Shown piece by piece: positions 1 through 9,603 of a stretch of DNA of 64,000 nucleotides. The notes under the pieces were generated by a model. The model searched no databases and was not told where the DNA came from. It saw only the letters and a program-made list of their open reading frames with translations. Source of the stretch: a virus (lineage: Duplodnaviria; Caudoviricetes); the IMG/VR virus record IMGVR_UViG_3300029286_001711; one strand, given 5' to 3'. How positions within the stretch are numbered: the stretch's first letter is position 1; each line of letters begins with the position of its first letter. The translations under genes and the position numbers were made by a program.

Positions 1-350
1 AACTTAAGGTTATTGAGGCTGGATTCCATAAAAAAGCGTTAATTGCACAGAATTATGGACCTTACACTATTGATTTAGTCAACGTAATTGAGTATGGTGG
101 TAAAATAAATGAGAATGGTAACGCCATCCTTATTAACTCAGTTACAAACCATAAAGATTGGTTAAAAGCGATTAAGTTTTTACATAACAATCCAGATATG
201 ATTAAGAAAATGGGTGAAAATTTATATAATACAGTTAACAGTAGATATCATATCGATGTTGTTACTAAGAATAGAGCTGAATTTTATAAGTCACTCGCTA
301 ACGAGAAAAAAGAAGAAACAAAAGAAATTGTTGAACAATTAAGTAATTAA
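1..350 (+). CDS. Glycosyltransferase (GT-B-like), C-terminal part, 5'-truncated by window edge
   Basis: Frame 3 is open from base 3 to TAA at 348-350: LKVIEAGFHKKALIAQNYGPY...KKMGENLYNTVNSRYHIDVVTKNRAEFY, a typical GT-B C-terminus. Confidence 0.65.
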   Translation, partial: LKVIEAGFHKKALIAQNYGPYTIDLVNVIEYGGKINENGNAILINSVTNHKDWLKAIKFLHNNPDMIKKMGENLYNTVNSRYHIDVVTKNRAEFYKSLANEKKEETKEIVEQLSN

Positions 351-352
351 AA

Positions 353-1081
353 ATGAAAATGAGTAAGGTACCACAAGAGAATAATTTTGATGAAAACAAA
401 TTATTATTTCTTGAGATAGCCACGGTTTCACACGAAAAATCCTATTCTGATTTAGAGAAAAATAACCCTACTATAGCAAAAATATTTGCTGATAGTAGGT
501 TTTCTCTTGCAGAAAGATTTCCCGATTTCAAATCTGGCATAGAAGAGAATAGAATTGATTCTAAATTTTTGTATGAAAAATGTGCAGGAATTTACCCAGA
601 ATTTGGTAGAATCGTTTGTGTGAGTCTAGGGGCTTTAGATTCTAAGGGTGAAATTAAAATCACCACCTTTACTGGTAGTGAAAGAGAGATACTTTTAAAA
701 ACTAGAACCGTTCTAAATACGGCAGCTTCGAAATATACCCTTTGTGGACATAATATAAAAAGTTTTGACTTACCTTACTTAGGTAAAAGGTACTTAATCA
801 ACGGTTTAAGACCACCTTCACTACTCCCAACACATGAAACTAAACCTTGGGAGATAAAAGCAATAGATACAAGAGATATTTGGACTTTTAGTGGATTTAA
901 AAGTTTTAGTTCATTACATTTAATAGCCAACTTAATGGGTATTGAAGTTACTTCATATATTAAAGGTGAAGATATCAGTAAACTGTTTTGGGATGGTGAA
1001 CTAGATAAGGTAATGGAATTTTGTGAATCTGAAATAAAAATAACAATAGAAATTATAAAAAAATACAATTCTTATGAGTAA
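353..1081 (+). CDS. PolB-type 3'-5' exonuclease-like protein (DnaQ fold) with degenerate catalytic motifs
   Basis: FLEIATV (ExoI), GHNIKSFDLPYL (ExoII), FCESEI (ExoIII); GIYPEFGRIVCVS is typical of the stand-alone PolB-exo family. Confidence 0.8.
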   Translation: MKMSKVPQENNFDENKLLFLEIATVSHEKSYSDLEKNNPTIAKIFADSRFSLAERFPDFKSGIEENRIDSKFLYEKCAGIYPEFGRIVCVSLGALDSKGEIKITTFTGSEREILLKTRTVLNTAASKYTLCGHNIKSFDLPYLGKRYLINGLRPPSLLPTHETKPWEIKAIDTRDIWTFSGFKSFSSLHLIANLMGIEVTSYIKGEDISKLFWDGELDKVMEFCESEIKITIEIIKKYNSYE

Positions 1082-1691
1082 TGATATGAATGAATACATT
1101 AAGGAATTAAAACAATTAAAATCCTTAAACCTTCTACCCCCAGAGGAGTTAGAAGAATTAGATAAATTAATTGCAATGATGGAAAGTTCCGATGTTCTTG
1201 GACTTACCCAGGAAAGTGATTATAGCGATTATAAATTACCAATTAAATTTGTTAATACATCGAAAAATCCAGACCCTAATTACGCAAAAGAAGGTGATTC
1301 AGGTATGGATTTAAGAGCTGAATTAACTGAGGTTGGTGGTAAATACGTAATGAAACCTTTTGAGAGGGCTTTAATCCCTACTGGTTTATATTTTGAGTTA
1401 CCAAACGGTTATGAGTTACAAATTAGACCTAGAAGTGGTCTTTCATTTAAAACAGGTTTAATGGCGATTCTTGGAACTGTTGATACTGGTTATCGTGGTG
1501 AGGTTAAAGTTATTTTAATCAATCTTAGTGATAAGGAATGTGTTATCGAACAAGGTGAAAGAGTTGCACAAGGCGTTATAGCACCAAGAGTTAGTAGTGA
1601 CTTTGGTAAGTTAATAAAATTAGAATCAACGAGTGAACTTTCTCAAACCGAAAGAGGTGAGAACGGATTCGGTTCAACAGGTAAGAAATAA
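1074..1691 (+). CDS. dut: Trimeric dUTPase
   Basis: Motifs GDSGMDL, RSGL, GTVDTGYRGE, AQ, RGENGFGSTG. Confidence 0.97.
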   Translation: MSNDMNEYIKELKQLKSLNLLPPEELEELDKLIAMMESSDVLGLTQESDYSDYKLPIKFVNTSKNPDPNYAKEGDSGMDLRAELTEVGGKYVMKPFERALIPTGLYFELPNGYELQIRPRSGLSFKTGLMAILGTVDTGYRGEVKVILINLSDKECVIEQGERVAQGVIAPRVSSDFGKLIKLESTSELSQTERGENGFGSTGKK

Positions 1692-1996
1692 TGGGTGGAT
1701 ATAGACCAATGCCGAAGTATTTGACAATTAAACCTTCACATATTGAAGGGTTAGGTCTTTTTGCTATCGATAACATTGATAGTGATTTTAGAATCGGTGT
1801 TACACACATAAGAGACAATAGATTTCAAGATGGTTATTCAAGAACACCTTTAGATGGGTTCTTTAATCACTCAGAAACACCAAATTGTAGGGTTGTATAT
1901 GAAGATGATTTTATTTTCTTAGAAAACATTAAAGAAATTAAAGAAGGTGAGGAGTTAACTGTCCAATATACCTTCTATAACCCAAATAAAGAATAA
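1691..1996 (+). CDS. SET-domain protein (putative lysine methyltransferase)
   Basis: SHIEGLGLFA, FFNHSETPNC and IKEGEELTVQY match the SET GxG, NHS and ELxxxY motifs. Confidence 0.85.
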   Translation: MGGYRPMPKYLTIKPSHIEGLGLFAIDNIDSDFRIGVTHIRDNRFQDGYSRTPLDGFFNHSETPNCRVVYEDDFIFLENIKEIKEGEELTVQYTFYNPNKE

Positions 1997-1997
1997 T

Positions 1998-2489
1998 ATG
2001 TCAGTAGTTGCGGTAAAAGTAGAGAAAAATAAAATCACCATAGGTGCTGATAGTATCTTAGTTTCTGGGTATACCCAAGAAAAAGATAAATTAGCTAAAT
2101 TATTCCAAAATGAATGGATGGTGGTAGGAGATGTTGGGCAAGCCCAAGAAGGTGCTTTATTTCAAATATTCTCACAAACTAGAAAACCAAGAGAATCTTC
2201 GGTTTATGCTATGACTGAATACATGTTTGAGTTTTATTCTTGGATACGTGAAAAAACTGAAGCAACTGAGTTACATAACAGTTATATCATCATCTTCCAA
2301 GATAAAGTATTTTTGATTGAGGGTTTCTTTGTGAAAGAGGTTAGTGATTACGCGGCTATTGGAGCTGGAATGGATTTCGCGTTAGCGGCATTATATCTGG
2401 GTTCAAGTGTGAATGATGCTATTAAAACATCATGTCATCTATCGATTTTATGTGAAGAACCAATTAATATTATAGAAATTAAAAAATAA
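1998..2489 (+). CDS. Ntn-hydrolase, HslV/proteasome-beta-like protein
   Basis: N-terminal M-S-VVAV...IGADS and AAIGAGMDFALAAL resemble HslV (TTIV...ADG, AIGSGG.YA.AA). Confidence 0.7.
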   Translation: MSVVAVKVEKNKITIGADSILVSGYTQEKDKLAKLFQNEWMVVGDVGQAQEGALFQIFSQTRKPRESSVYAMTEYMFEFYSWIREKTEATELHNSYIIIFQDKVFLIEGFFVKEVSDYAAIGAGMDFALAALYLGSSVNDAIKTSCHLSILCEEPINIIEIKK

Positions 2490-2498
2490 AAATAAAAA

Positions 2499-2675
2499 AT
2501 GGAAAATTTATACGATTATTACTTCCACTACAACAACTATACAGGTGAGTGGAATGCCTTTTCAAGAGAAGAATGTTACATGGGTGGTACCAAAACAAAA
2601 AAGAAAATCTATACCAATAGAGACCTAAATAAATTAATCGACGAGATTAAGAATTTAGAGTTTCAATTAGTATGA
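2499..2675 (+). CDS. Small hypothetical protein (58 aa), not in ORF track
   Basis: MENLYDYYFHYNNYTGEWNAFSREE...FQLV*; A-rich leader, and its TGA overlaps the next ATG (ATGA). Confidence 0.7.
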   Translation: MENLYDYYFHYNNYTGEWNAFSREECYMGGTKTKKKIYTNRDLNKLIDEIKNLEFQLV

Positions 2676-4273
2676 TTAGTATAGTTTACTCTACCCGCAG
2701 TATTAATAAACAATTTCAAGAACACATCAAGAAAACTATTGGTGTAAAAGATTATGAGATTGTTGAAATCATCAATAACGGAGATAAGTCTTTAACTGAG
2801 TGTTACAACTACGGTTTAGATAATACAAAAAACAAAATTGTAGTATTTTGTCATGACGATATTATTCTAAAAGAAGGGTGGGGTAAGAAAGTTATCAAAC
2901 ATTTCAATAACACCGATTATGGTGTTATTGGTATGGCTGGTACCACTGATATGTCCGAAATTGGTCGTTGGTGGCAGGATTCAACTAAAATGGTTGGAAT
3001 TGTTTCACATACTAATGAAGGTAAGACCTGGGAGAATAAGTACTCCAACAACTTTAGTGATGAAATTATTGAGACCGTCATGTTAGATGGTCTATTTTTT
3101 GTTGCCCATAAAGATAGAATTAAAAATAGGTTTGACGAGTCCTTCAAAGGATTCCATTTCTACGATGTAGATTTCACTTTTAACAACCATTTGAGTGGAG
3201 TTAAGGTTGGTGTTATGTTTGATATTAAAATCACCCATAAATCAATGGGGGCAACTAATGACGAGTGGGAAAAAAATCGTGAACAATTTATTGAAAAATA
3301 TAAAGAAAAATTACCACACAATATTAAACCAGAACTAAGGTTTGAGACTAAATCAAAAAACCTTAAAGAAGGGCCTAAACTTGGGATTATAATTCCGACT
3401 AAAGGTAATGTTCAAATGTTAAAGGATTGCATCAATTCAATCTATAAACAAGGTGGTTATCCTGGCACTAGAATAACAATTTATGTAGCTGATACAGGTT
3501 CTACCCCAGAAGAGAAAAAAGAAATCGAACAGTTCTGCTCAAGTCAAAAATTCCTTTCAGATAGACATGGTGATGCAAGATTTATTGAATACGATTTCTA
3601 TAATTTCGCTGTTATCAATAATGATGTAGTTGAAAACCACATCGAAAAAGATACTGAAGTTTTACTATTTTGTAATAATGACATTAAACTTGTTAATAAC
3701 GCAATCGAACGTATGATTGATGTTTATAATAAGAACAAGAAAAATGTTGGTACTATAGGTGCACGTCTTCATTATGGGGATAACACGGTACAACATTCTG
3801 GTATTGTTATGTTTGTTAGACAAGATGCGGGTATTGGTGTTACACACCATGGTTTAAGATCTTATCATACATACCATGATTGTTTAATCAGAAATGTTTT
3901 TGGTAATACTGGTGCATTCTTGATGATTAATAAAAAACTGTTCGATGAAATTGGTGGTTTTAATACGAATTATAGAGAATGTTTTGAAGATGTTGAATTA
4001 AATGTTCAATGTATAAATCGTCATAGAGAAAATATTTTTGTTGGTGATGCTGTTTGTTATCACTATGAAAGTCAGACAAGAAATAAGAGTGAAGAAAAGC
4101 TTAAACGTGAATCGGAAGACTACACAAAAAAGTTAATCCCATTTATATTGAACAATAAAAGAACATATAATTACTTCACAAACATTAAAGCAAGAGATTT
4201 CGAAGCTTTAATGGAAAGAAGTAAACTTTTAAAACAGGGAGATATAGATAATGCGTTTAGGAATTTCGTATAA
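2672..4273 (+). CDS. Two-domain glycosyltransferase (GT2-like + GT2)
   Basis: N-domain VVFCHDDI...FHFYDVDF; C-domain IIIPTK...YVADTGS...LLFCNNDI...GGFNTNYRECFEDVEL. Confidence 0.9.
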   Translation: MISIVYSTRSINKQFQEHIKKTIGVKDYEIVEIINNGDKSLTECYNYGLDNTKNKIVVFCHDDIILKEGWGKKVIKHFNNTDYGVIGMAGTTDMSEIGRWWQDSTKMVGIVSHTNEGKTWENKYSNNFSDEIIETVMLDGLFFVAHKDRIKNRFDESFKGFHFYDVDFTFNNHLSGVKVGVMFDIKITHKSMGATNDEWEKNREQFIEKYKEKLPHNIKPELRFETKSKNLKEGPKLGIIIPTKGNVQMLKDCINSIYKQGGYPGTRITIYVADTGSTPEEKKEIEQFCSSQKFLSDRHGDARFIEYDFYNFAVINNDVVENHIEKDTEVLLFCNNDIKLVNNAIERMIDVYNKNKKNVGTIGARLHYGDNTVQHSGIVMFVRQDAGIGVTHHGLRSYHTYHDCLIRNVFGNTGAFLMINKKLFDEIGGFNTNYRECFEDVELNVQCINRHRENIFVGDAVCYHYESQTRNKSEEKLKRESEDYTKKLIPFILNNKRTYNYFTNIKARDFEALMERSKLLKQGDIDNAFRNFV

Positions 4274-5033
4274 CTTATTTGACGGAGAAGAACTATTAGA
4301 AGGGTCAATAAGACAAATAAGGGAACATGTGGACTACGTGAGTGTAGTTTATCAGACAGTTTCAAACTTCGGTAACCCCTGTGATTCGAGATTAGTTCCG
4401 TTGTTGGAAAAATTAAAATCAGAAGGTTTAGTAGATGAATTATTTGAATACTCACCTAAAGTTAATAAAGGTGGGCACTCTAATGAAATTCAAAAAAGAA
4501 ATATAGGGTTATCCCTGTCTCAAGGTGCCGGATGTACACATCATATGTCCATGGATTCTGACGAATATTATCTACCATCAGAATTCGAAAATCTCAAAAA
4601 AAATATAATAGAGGGTGATTATGATTCATCTTATTGCCAAATGCAAACATACTATAAAAGTTGGGAGTATTCATTAGACCCAGCTGAAGAGTATTATGTT
4701 TCCTTAATCTTTAAAATCAAATCAGAGTCAAGTTACGTAATTGGAGCACCAGCTCCAGTTTTAGTAGATCCTACAAGAAGGTTAGTACCTTCAGATAGAC
4801 CTATAGTTCTAAAGAGGGAACAAATTCAAATGCATCACGGTTCTTATATTAGAAATAATGTAAGAGTTAAGTTACAAAACAGTTCAGCTTCCGTTAATTT
4901 TAATAATGATATCGATAGAATTGTTAATCATTATGATAATTGGATATATCCTAATAAAGTTTTATGGGGCGGGCTACCAAGTACATTACATAAAGTTAAA
5001 AAAGTAAAAAATCTATTCGAAAATGTTAAATAA
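4251..5033 (+). CDS. GT-A-fold glycosyltransferase-like protein
   Basis: HMSMDSDEYY (DxD) and KRNIGL; located in the glycan cluster. Confidence 0.6.
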   Translation: MRLGISYNLFDGEELLEGSIRQIREHVDYVSVVYQTVSNFGNPCDSRLVPLLEKLKSEGLVDELFEYSPKVNKGGHSNEIQKRNIGLSLSQGAGCTHHMSMDSDEYYLPSEFENLKKNIIEGDYDSSYCQMQTYYKSWEYSLDPAEEYYVSLIFKIKSESSYVIGAPAPVLVDPTRRLVPSDRPIVLKREQIQMHHGSYIRNNVRVKLQNSSASVNFNNDIDRIVNHYDNWIYPNKVLWGGLPSTLHKVKKVKNLFENVK

Positions 5034-5676
5034 TTTTTTTGATAAAATATACTGTATAAATCTTGACAGAAGGGCCGATAGATGGGAAGAGTGTCAAAAG
5101 ATATTCACCAAATTAGGACTAGAAGTAGAAAGATTTTCTGCTGTTGACGGGAAACAGTTAACATTACCACAGGGTAGTGTTTATAATGCTGAGATAGCTG
5201 GAGCTATGAGTCATACTAACGTTTTAAAATACGCTAAAGAAAAAGGGTATAAAAATATTCTAATATTAGAAGATGATGTTGAATTTCACCCAGATACTAA
5301 CATACTATTTGAAAACTTCAGTAAACAACTACCCAAAGATTGGGAAATGATATTCTTTGGTGGTAACCACGTAGGTGGTGCCGCACCTGTATCTGAAAAT
5401 GTACAAAGATTATTTGGTAGTTACGCTATTCACGCTTATGGTGTTAAGGAAGATGTTTATGATATTGTAATTAAATTCATGTCTGACAAAATAGATATGG
5501 TGTTTAATAACCAAACAACTAAATATACACCTTCTGTAGCTGCAGATTATTTTATGGCCCAACTACATAAAACATTAAATGTTTATGGATTTAAAAATCC
5601 ACATTTAGCCTGGCAAAGAACCGATTTTTCAGATATTCAGGGAGCTGTGATGAATTATGATTTTCTGAAAAAATAA
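5023..5676 (+). CDS. Glycosyltransferase family 25
   Basis: IYCINLDRRADRW, FSAVDG, SH, ILILEDDVEF. Confidence 0.9.
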   Translation: MLNNFFDKIYCINLDRRADRWEECQKIFTKLGLEVERFSAVDGKQLTLPQGSVYNAEIAGAMSHTNVLKYAKEKGYKNILILEDDVEFHPDTNILFENFSKQLPKDWEMIFFGGNHVGGAAPVSENVQRLFGSYAIHAYGVKEDVYDIVIKFMSDKIDMVFNNQTTKYTPSVAADYFMAQLHKTLNVYGFKNPHLAWQRTDFSDIQGAVMNYDFLKK

Positions 5677-5677
5677 A

Positions 5678-6424
5678 ATGAAAAAGGCAGTTATATTTGC
5701 TTCATATATCCCCAGTAAAGATAAGGTTTACATTGGTGAAGAATTTCTAAATTTCTTCGAAAAAAACTATGTTGACTATGATGTGTATGTTGGGGTTAAT
5801 CCTTCGTGTGAAGAATGGATTACAGTTTTAAATCAAAGAAACATTAAATATAAAATCACACCAGAAGAACTTGTAGTTAATTCTGATGTTTCATCATATC
5901 AATCCGCTTTAAGTTTATTGAAAGAGTCAAGTAACGAATATGATTTATATGTATTTGCACATACTAAAGGTGTAACATCTGATGCACACACCTTTAGAGC
6001 ATATGTTTTTGATAATTTTTTAGGTAAAAATAAAGAAATTGAAAGACTTTTTGAAAACGATTCAGAAATGGGTCTGTTCTCTCCTTGGTTTGGTATTTGT
6101 TCAACTAAAGGATCTATTCAAAGTTCTTTAGATACTTTTTTAGGTGAAAGTGAGTGTAAAAACACAGATTTTATGGTGAGCTACACTTTTTACGCTATTA
6201 AAGGTAGTATTATTAATGATTTTATTAAAAAAGTTAAACCTATTTTTTGGGATAAAAGAATAACGGATATTGAATACCCATACTATAGTCATGTGGTTTT
6301 AGGTAGTCACATATATTGGAATTTCAACGTCATGGGTACATTAAAAAATGATATATATTTTTTCGAAAGGGATTTCCCGATGATTGTCGAAAGATATTGT
6401 CTTAAAATAACTAATAAATTATAA
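5678..6424 (+). CDS. Putative glycan-synthesis protein (RgpF/rhamnan synthesis F-like)
   Basis: VFAHTKG and FFERDF motifs; cluster context. Confidence 0.45.
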   Translation: MKKAVIFASYIPSKDKVYIGEEFLNFFEKNYVDYDVYVGVNPSCEEWITVLNQRNIKYKITPEELVVNSDVSSYQSALSLLKESSNEYDLYVFAHTKGVTSDAHTFRAYVFDNFLGKNKEIERLFENDSEMGLFSPWFGICSTKGSIQSSLDTFLGESECKNTDFMVSYTFYAIKGSIINDFIKKVKPIFWDKRITDIEYPYYSHVVLGSHIYWNFNVMGTLKNDIYFFERDFPMIVERYCLKITNKL

Positions 6425-6427
6425 ATT

Positions 6428-7225
6428 ATGTCAACATTAAGTTTTTCTAACATCGGAACATATGGTTGGTACGGTAACCAACTATATCAAATTGCCTCAA
6501 CAATAGGTATAGCAAATAAAAACGGTATGGATTATTTATTTCCAACTTGGAAGTATTCCAAATATTTTAAAAAAGAGTTACCACAATTACCTAAACCAGA
6601 ATTGGATTTGATTAAAGGCGGTTATATAGACAGAGAAGGACCCCATCACTTTGAAGAAGTTATTATACCAGATAAAACAAAAAACTGGGATATTGGTGGT
6701 TATTTACAGTCGGAAAAATATTTTGAACACTGTAAAGATTTAGTTTTTTCTTATTTAGAACTGAAAGATGAATATAGTGATTTTATTAAAACCACTTTCG
6801 ACCCAATTTTATCCAAAAAAAATTGTGCAATACATGTTCGTAGAGGTGATTACGCTAATTTTCCAGCGTACCACCCAATGTTAGGTATGGATTATTATAA
6901 TAAAGCTATGAGTCATTTTGATGATGATACTTTGTTTATTGTATTTTCTAACGATATGGATTGGTGTAAAGCTAATTTTATCGGTGATAAATTTGTATTC
7001 ATCGATGGTGGTGATAAGACCCTAGGTGGTGATGTGATAATTGAACATAACTTAATGTCTATGTGTCAAAATATAATTACAGCCAATAGTTCATTTTCAT
7101 TGTGGGCTTCAATTTTAAATAAAAATCCTGACAAAAAAATAATATGTCCATCAGTCTGGTTTGGTCCGGCATTAAGAGGTCATAGATTGGAAGATACGTA
7201 CCCTAAAAATTCAATAATAATTTAA
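6428..7225 (+). CDS. Glycosyltransferase family 11 (alpha-1,2-fucosyl/colitosyltransferase-like)
   Basis: GNQLYQ, GYLQSEKYF, IHVRRGDY, NSSFSLWA. Confidence 0.92.
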   Translation: MSTLSFSNIGTYGWYGNQLYQIASTIGIANKNGMDYLFPTWKYSKYFKKELPQLPKPELDLIKGGYIDREGPHHFEEVIIPDKTKNWDIGGYLQSEKYFEHCKDLVFSYLELKDEYSDFIKTTFDPILSKKNCAIHVRRGDYANFPAYHPMLGMDYYNKAMSHFDDDTLFIVFSNDMDWCKANFIGDKFVFIDGGDKTLGGDVIIEHNLMSMCQNIITANSSFSLWASILNKNPDKKIICPSVWFGPALRGHRLEDTYPKNSIII

Positions 7226-7226
7226 T

Positions 7227-8006
7227 ATGACAATCAACGAATTAGCGATAAAAAATAATACAGATAAAAGTAGTTTAGACCATAATTACGCACCACTTTA
7301 TCAAATGTATTTTGATAAGTTTGTTAAAGATCCTAAAAAAATATTAGAGTTAGGTGTTTATAGTACAAGCACTATACCAACAATTGAAACTGCCGCGGCC
7401 TCTTTGAGAACTTGGTCGGAATATTTTCCCGATACTAAAATATATGGTTTAGATATTAGTGATTATAGTATGATTAATAAAACTAAACAATTCCCAAACA
7501 TTGAAATATTTGCTTGTAACGGTGAAATTATTACAGAAAATGATTTCAACCAAATCACACATCCCTGGTTGAAAGAATTATATGTTCGTCCAGAAATGGT
7601 TGGTGGTAGGATTGGGTTAGAAAAGGTGATAGAGAAATTCGGATCGGAATATGATATTATTATTGACGATGGCCCACATACAATGTCAAGTCAACAAATA
7701 TTCTTAAAATACATGTTTAAACATTTAAAATCTAAAGGTTTATTTGTTGTAGAAGACTTACATACTAGTAGGAGTATGCAAATTGACCGTAGTGGTAAGT
7801 ATCAGTTTAATTCTTGGCCATATACGGAAAAAAACACACTTTGGATGTTTGAAAATTTCTTAAGAACTAGAAATAAAACAGGACATGGTAAAATTGAGTC
7901 AGATTTTATGACAACCGAAGAGGCGGAGTATTTAGAAAACAATATTGCTGAATTATATATTGAAAAAGGTACTTATTCTGAAATAACGTTTATTATAAAA
8001 AAATAA
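7227..8006 (+). CDS. Class I SAM-dependent methyltransferase
   Basis: ILELGV, IYGLDI, YDIIIDDGPH, GLFVVEDLH. Confidence 0.85.
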   Translation: MTINELAIKNNTDKSSLDHNYAPLYQMYFDKFVKDPKKILELGVYSTSTIPTIETAAASLRTWSEYFPDTKIYGLDISDYSMINKTKQFPNIEIFACNGEIITENDFNQITHPWLKELYVRPEMVGGRIGLEKVIEKFGSEYDIIIDDGPHTMSSQQIFLKYMFKHLKSKGLFVVEDLHTSRSMQIDRSGKYQFNSWPYTEKNTLWMFENFLRTRNKTGHGKIESDFMTTEEAEYLENNIAELYIEKGTYSEITFIIKK

Positions 8007-8048
8007 TAATAATAGTAATAATTTAAAAACAAAAAACAAAAAACAAAA

Positions 8049-8822
8049 ATGAAAACATCAACATCAATATCCGATTATTTTTCCTATAAAAATGTCTGTT
8101 TAGAGGCATCTAAAAATGAAGAAGCCTTTTCTAAGTTTAAACAAAATTCTGAGTATACAACAATTTTAGAACACACAAGTAAGGAATACGGTCAAAAATA
8201 TATAGATTTTATATTAAAAACTGGATTAGATTTATCTAAAATTAATAAATTTAAAGAAAATGACGAACAGGGCAATCCAACAAAAGTTGAGTATTTGGAT
8301 CCGTTTGGATTAATATCACCATCCACATTGAGGTATGTTAAAGTTTTAAGTGAGTTGGAGAGTATTTTTGGTTCTTTAGCTAATAAAAAAATTGTAGAAA
8401 TCGGTGTTGGTTATGGTGGACAATCTAAACTAATTATGGATTATTTTAATATAGATGAATATAATTTTGTTGACCTACCAGAGGTTTTGGGTTTGACTAA
8501 AAAATATTTAGAAAAATATGGTTATAAAAATTTAAACTATTATACATACGATAGTTTACCAGAAAAAAATTATGATATTGTAATTTCTAATTATGCATTC
8601 ACTGAATGTAATAAAGGTATTCAAAAAATATATTTAGAAAAAATTATTAATAAATCAAAATCTGGTTATATCACTGGAAATCAAATTGGTCACCATTTTA
8701 ATGTTGATATGATGAATAGAGAGGAAATAAAAAACGCCATACCTAATTCTAAACTTATCGCTGAAGTTCCATTAACTCACCCCAATAACTATATTTTAAC
8801 TTGGGATAATCATGGTGATTAA
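8049..8822 (+). CDS. Putative sugar O-methyltransferase
   Basis: SPSTLRY, IVEIGVGYGG, FVDLPEV, DIVISNYAFTEC. Confidence 0.8.
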   Translation: MKTSTSISDYFSYKNVCLEASKNEEAFSKFKQNSEYTTILEHTSKEYGQKYIDFILKTGLDLSKINKFKENDEQGNPTKVEYLDPFGLISPSTLRYVKVLSELESIFGSLANKKIVEIGVGYGGQSKLIMDYFNIDEYNFVDLPEVLGLTKKYLEKYGYKNLNYYTYDSLPEKNYDIVISNYAFTECNKGIQKIYLEKIINKSKSGYITGNQIGHHFNVDMMNREEIKNAIPNSKLIAEVPLTHPNNYILTWDNHGD

Positions 8823-9603
8823 TATGGTGGGAGGTGGATTTCAACATGTTGATTGTTCGTCCGCACATAACATAAATAAACATGTTAAATGGGTTAAAGA
8901 TGGTAGTTCTAATGTTTCAATTCATATTGATTGGGCCATTTTAGACGGTTGGGGTGATAAATCAAAAAAGAAATACGCTTGGATTGCAGAATCTAGTGCT
9001 ATTAATGTTAAGTTAATAGAAAAAGTTATTTCCAGTATTGGTACTATAAATGAAGAGTATGAGTTAATTTTCACACACGATAAAAGATTATTGGATTTAA
9101 GCCCTAAAATGAGATACGCAATTCCAAACGCATGTCCTTGGGTAAAAGATATTGGGATACACTCAAAATCTAAATTAGTTTCTATGATTGCCTCTTCTAA
9201 AAATATGTGTCCAGGACACAGTTATAGATTGGGTTGGGTTAATAAACTTAGAGGTAAATTAGACCTTTACGGATCGGGACATGGTTATTTACCAACTAAA
9301 GATGCTGGGTTTAAAGATTACTATTTTTCAATAGCGATGGAAAATGATAATTACCCATCTATTTTTACTGAAAAAATAACTGACACGTTTGCCATGGGTA
9401 CAATACCTATTTTTTGGGGTAGTCCAGATATTAGTGAATTTTTTAATGAAAACGGTATTATTAGATTAACCGAAGATTTTAAAGTTTCTGATTTATCTGT
9501 CGATTTATATAACTCAAAATTCGAATATGTAAAAGAAAATTTTGAAAGAGCCTTACAGTTACCTACAGCTGAAGACTTTATTTATTTAAACTACTTAAAA
9601 TAA
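8812..9603 (+). CDS. Glycosyltransferase family 10 (alpha-1,3-fucosyltransferase-like)
   Basis: YYFSIAMEN...FTEKITDTFAMGTIPIFWG is the GT10 signature. Confidence 0.85.
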   Translation: MVINMVGGGFQHVDCSSAHNINKHVKWVKDGSSNVSIHIDWAILDGWGDKSKKKYAWIAESSAINVKLIEKVISSIGTINEEYELIFTHDKRLLDLSPKMRYAIPNACPWVKDIGIHSKSKLVSMIASSKNMCPGHSYRLGWVNKLRGKLDLYGSGHGYLPTKDAGFKDYYFSIAMENDNYPSIFTEKITDTFAMGTIPIFWGSPDISEFFNENGIIRLTEDFKVSDLSVDLYNSKFEYVKENFERALQLPTAEDFIYLNYLK

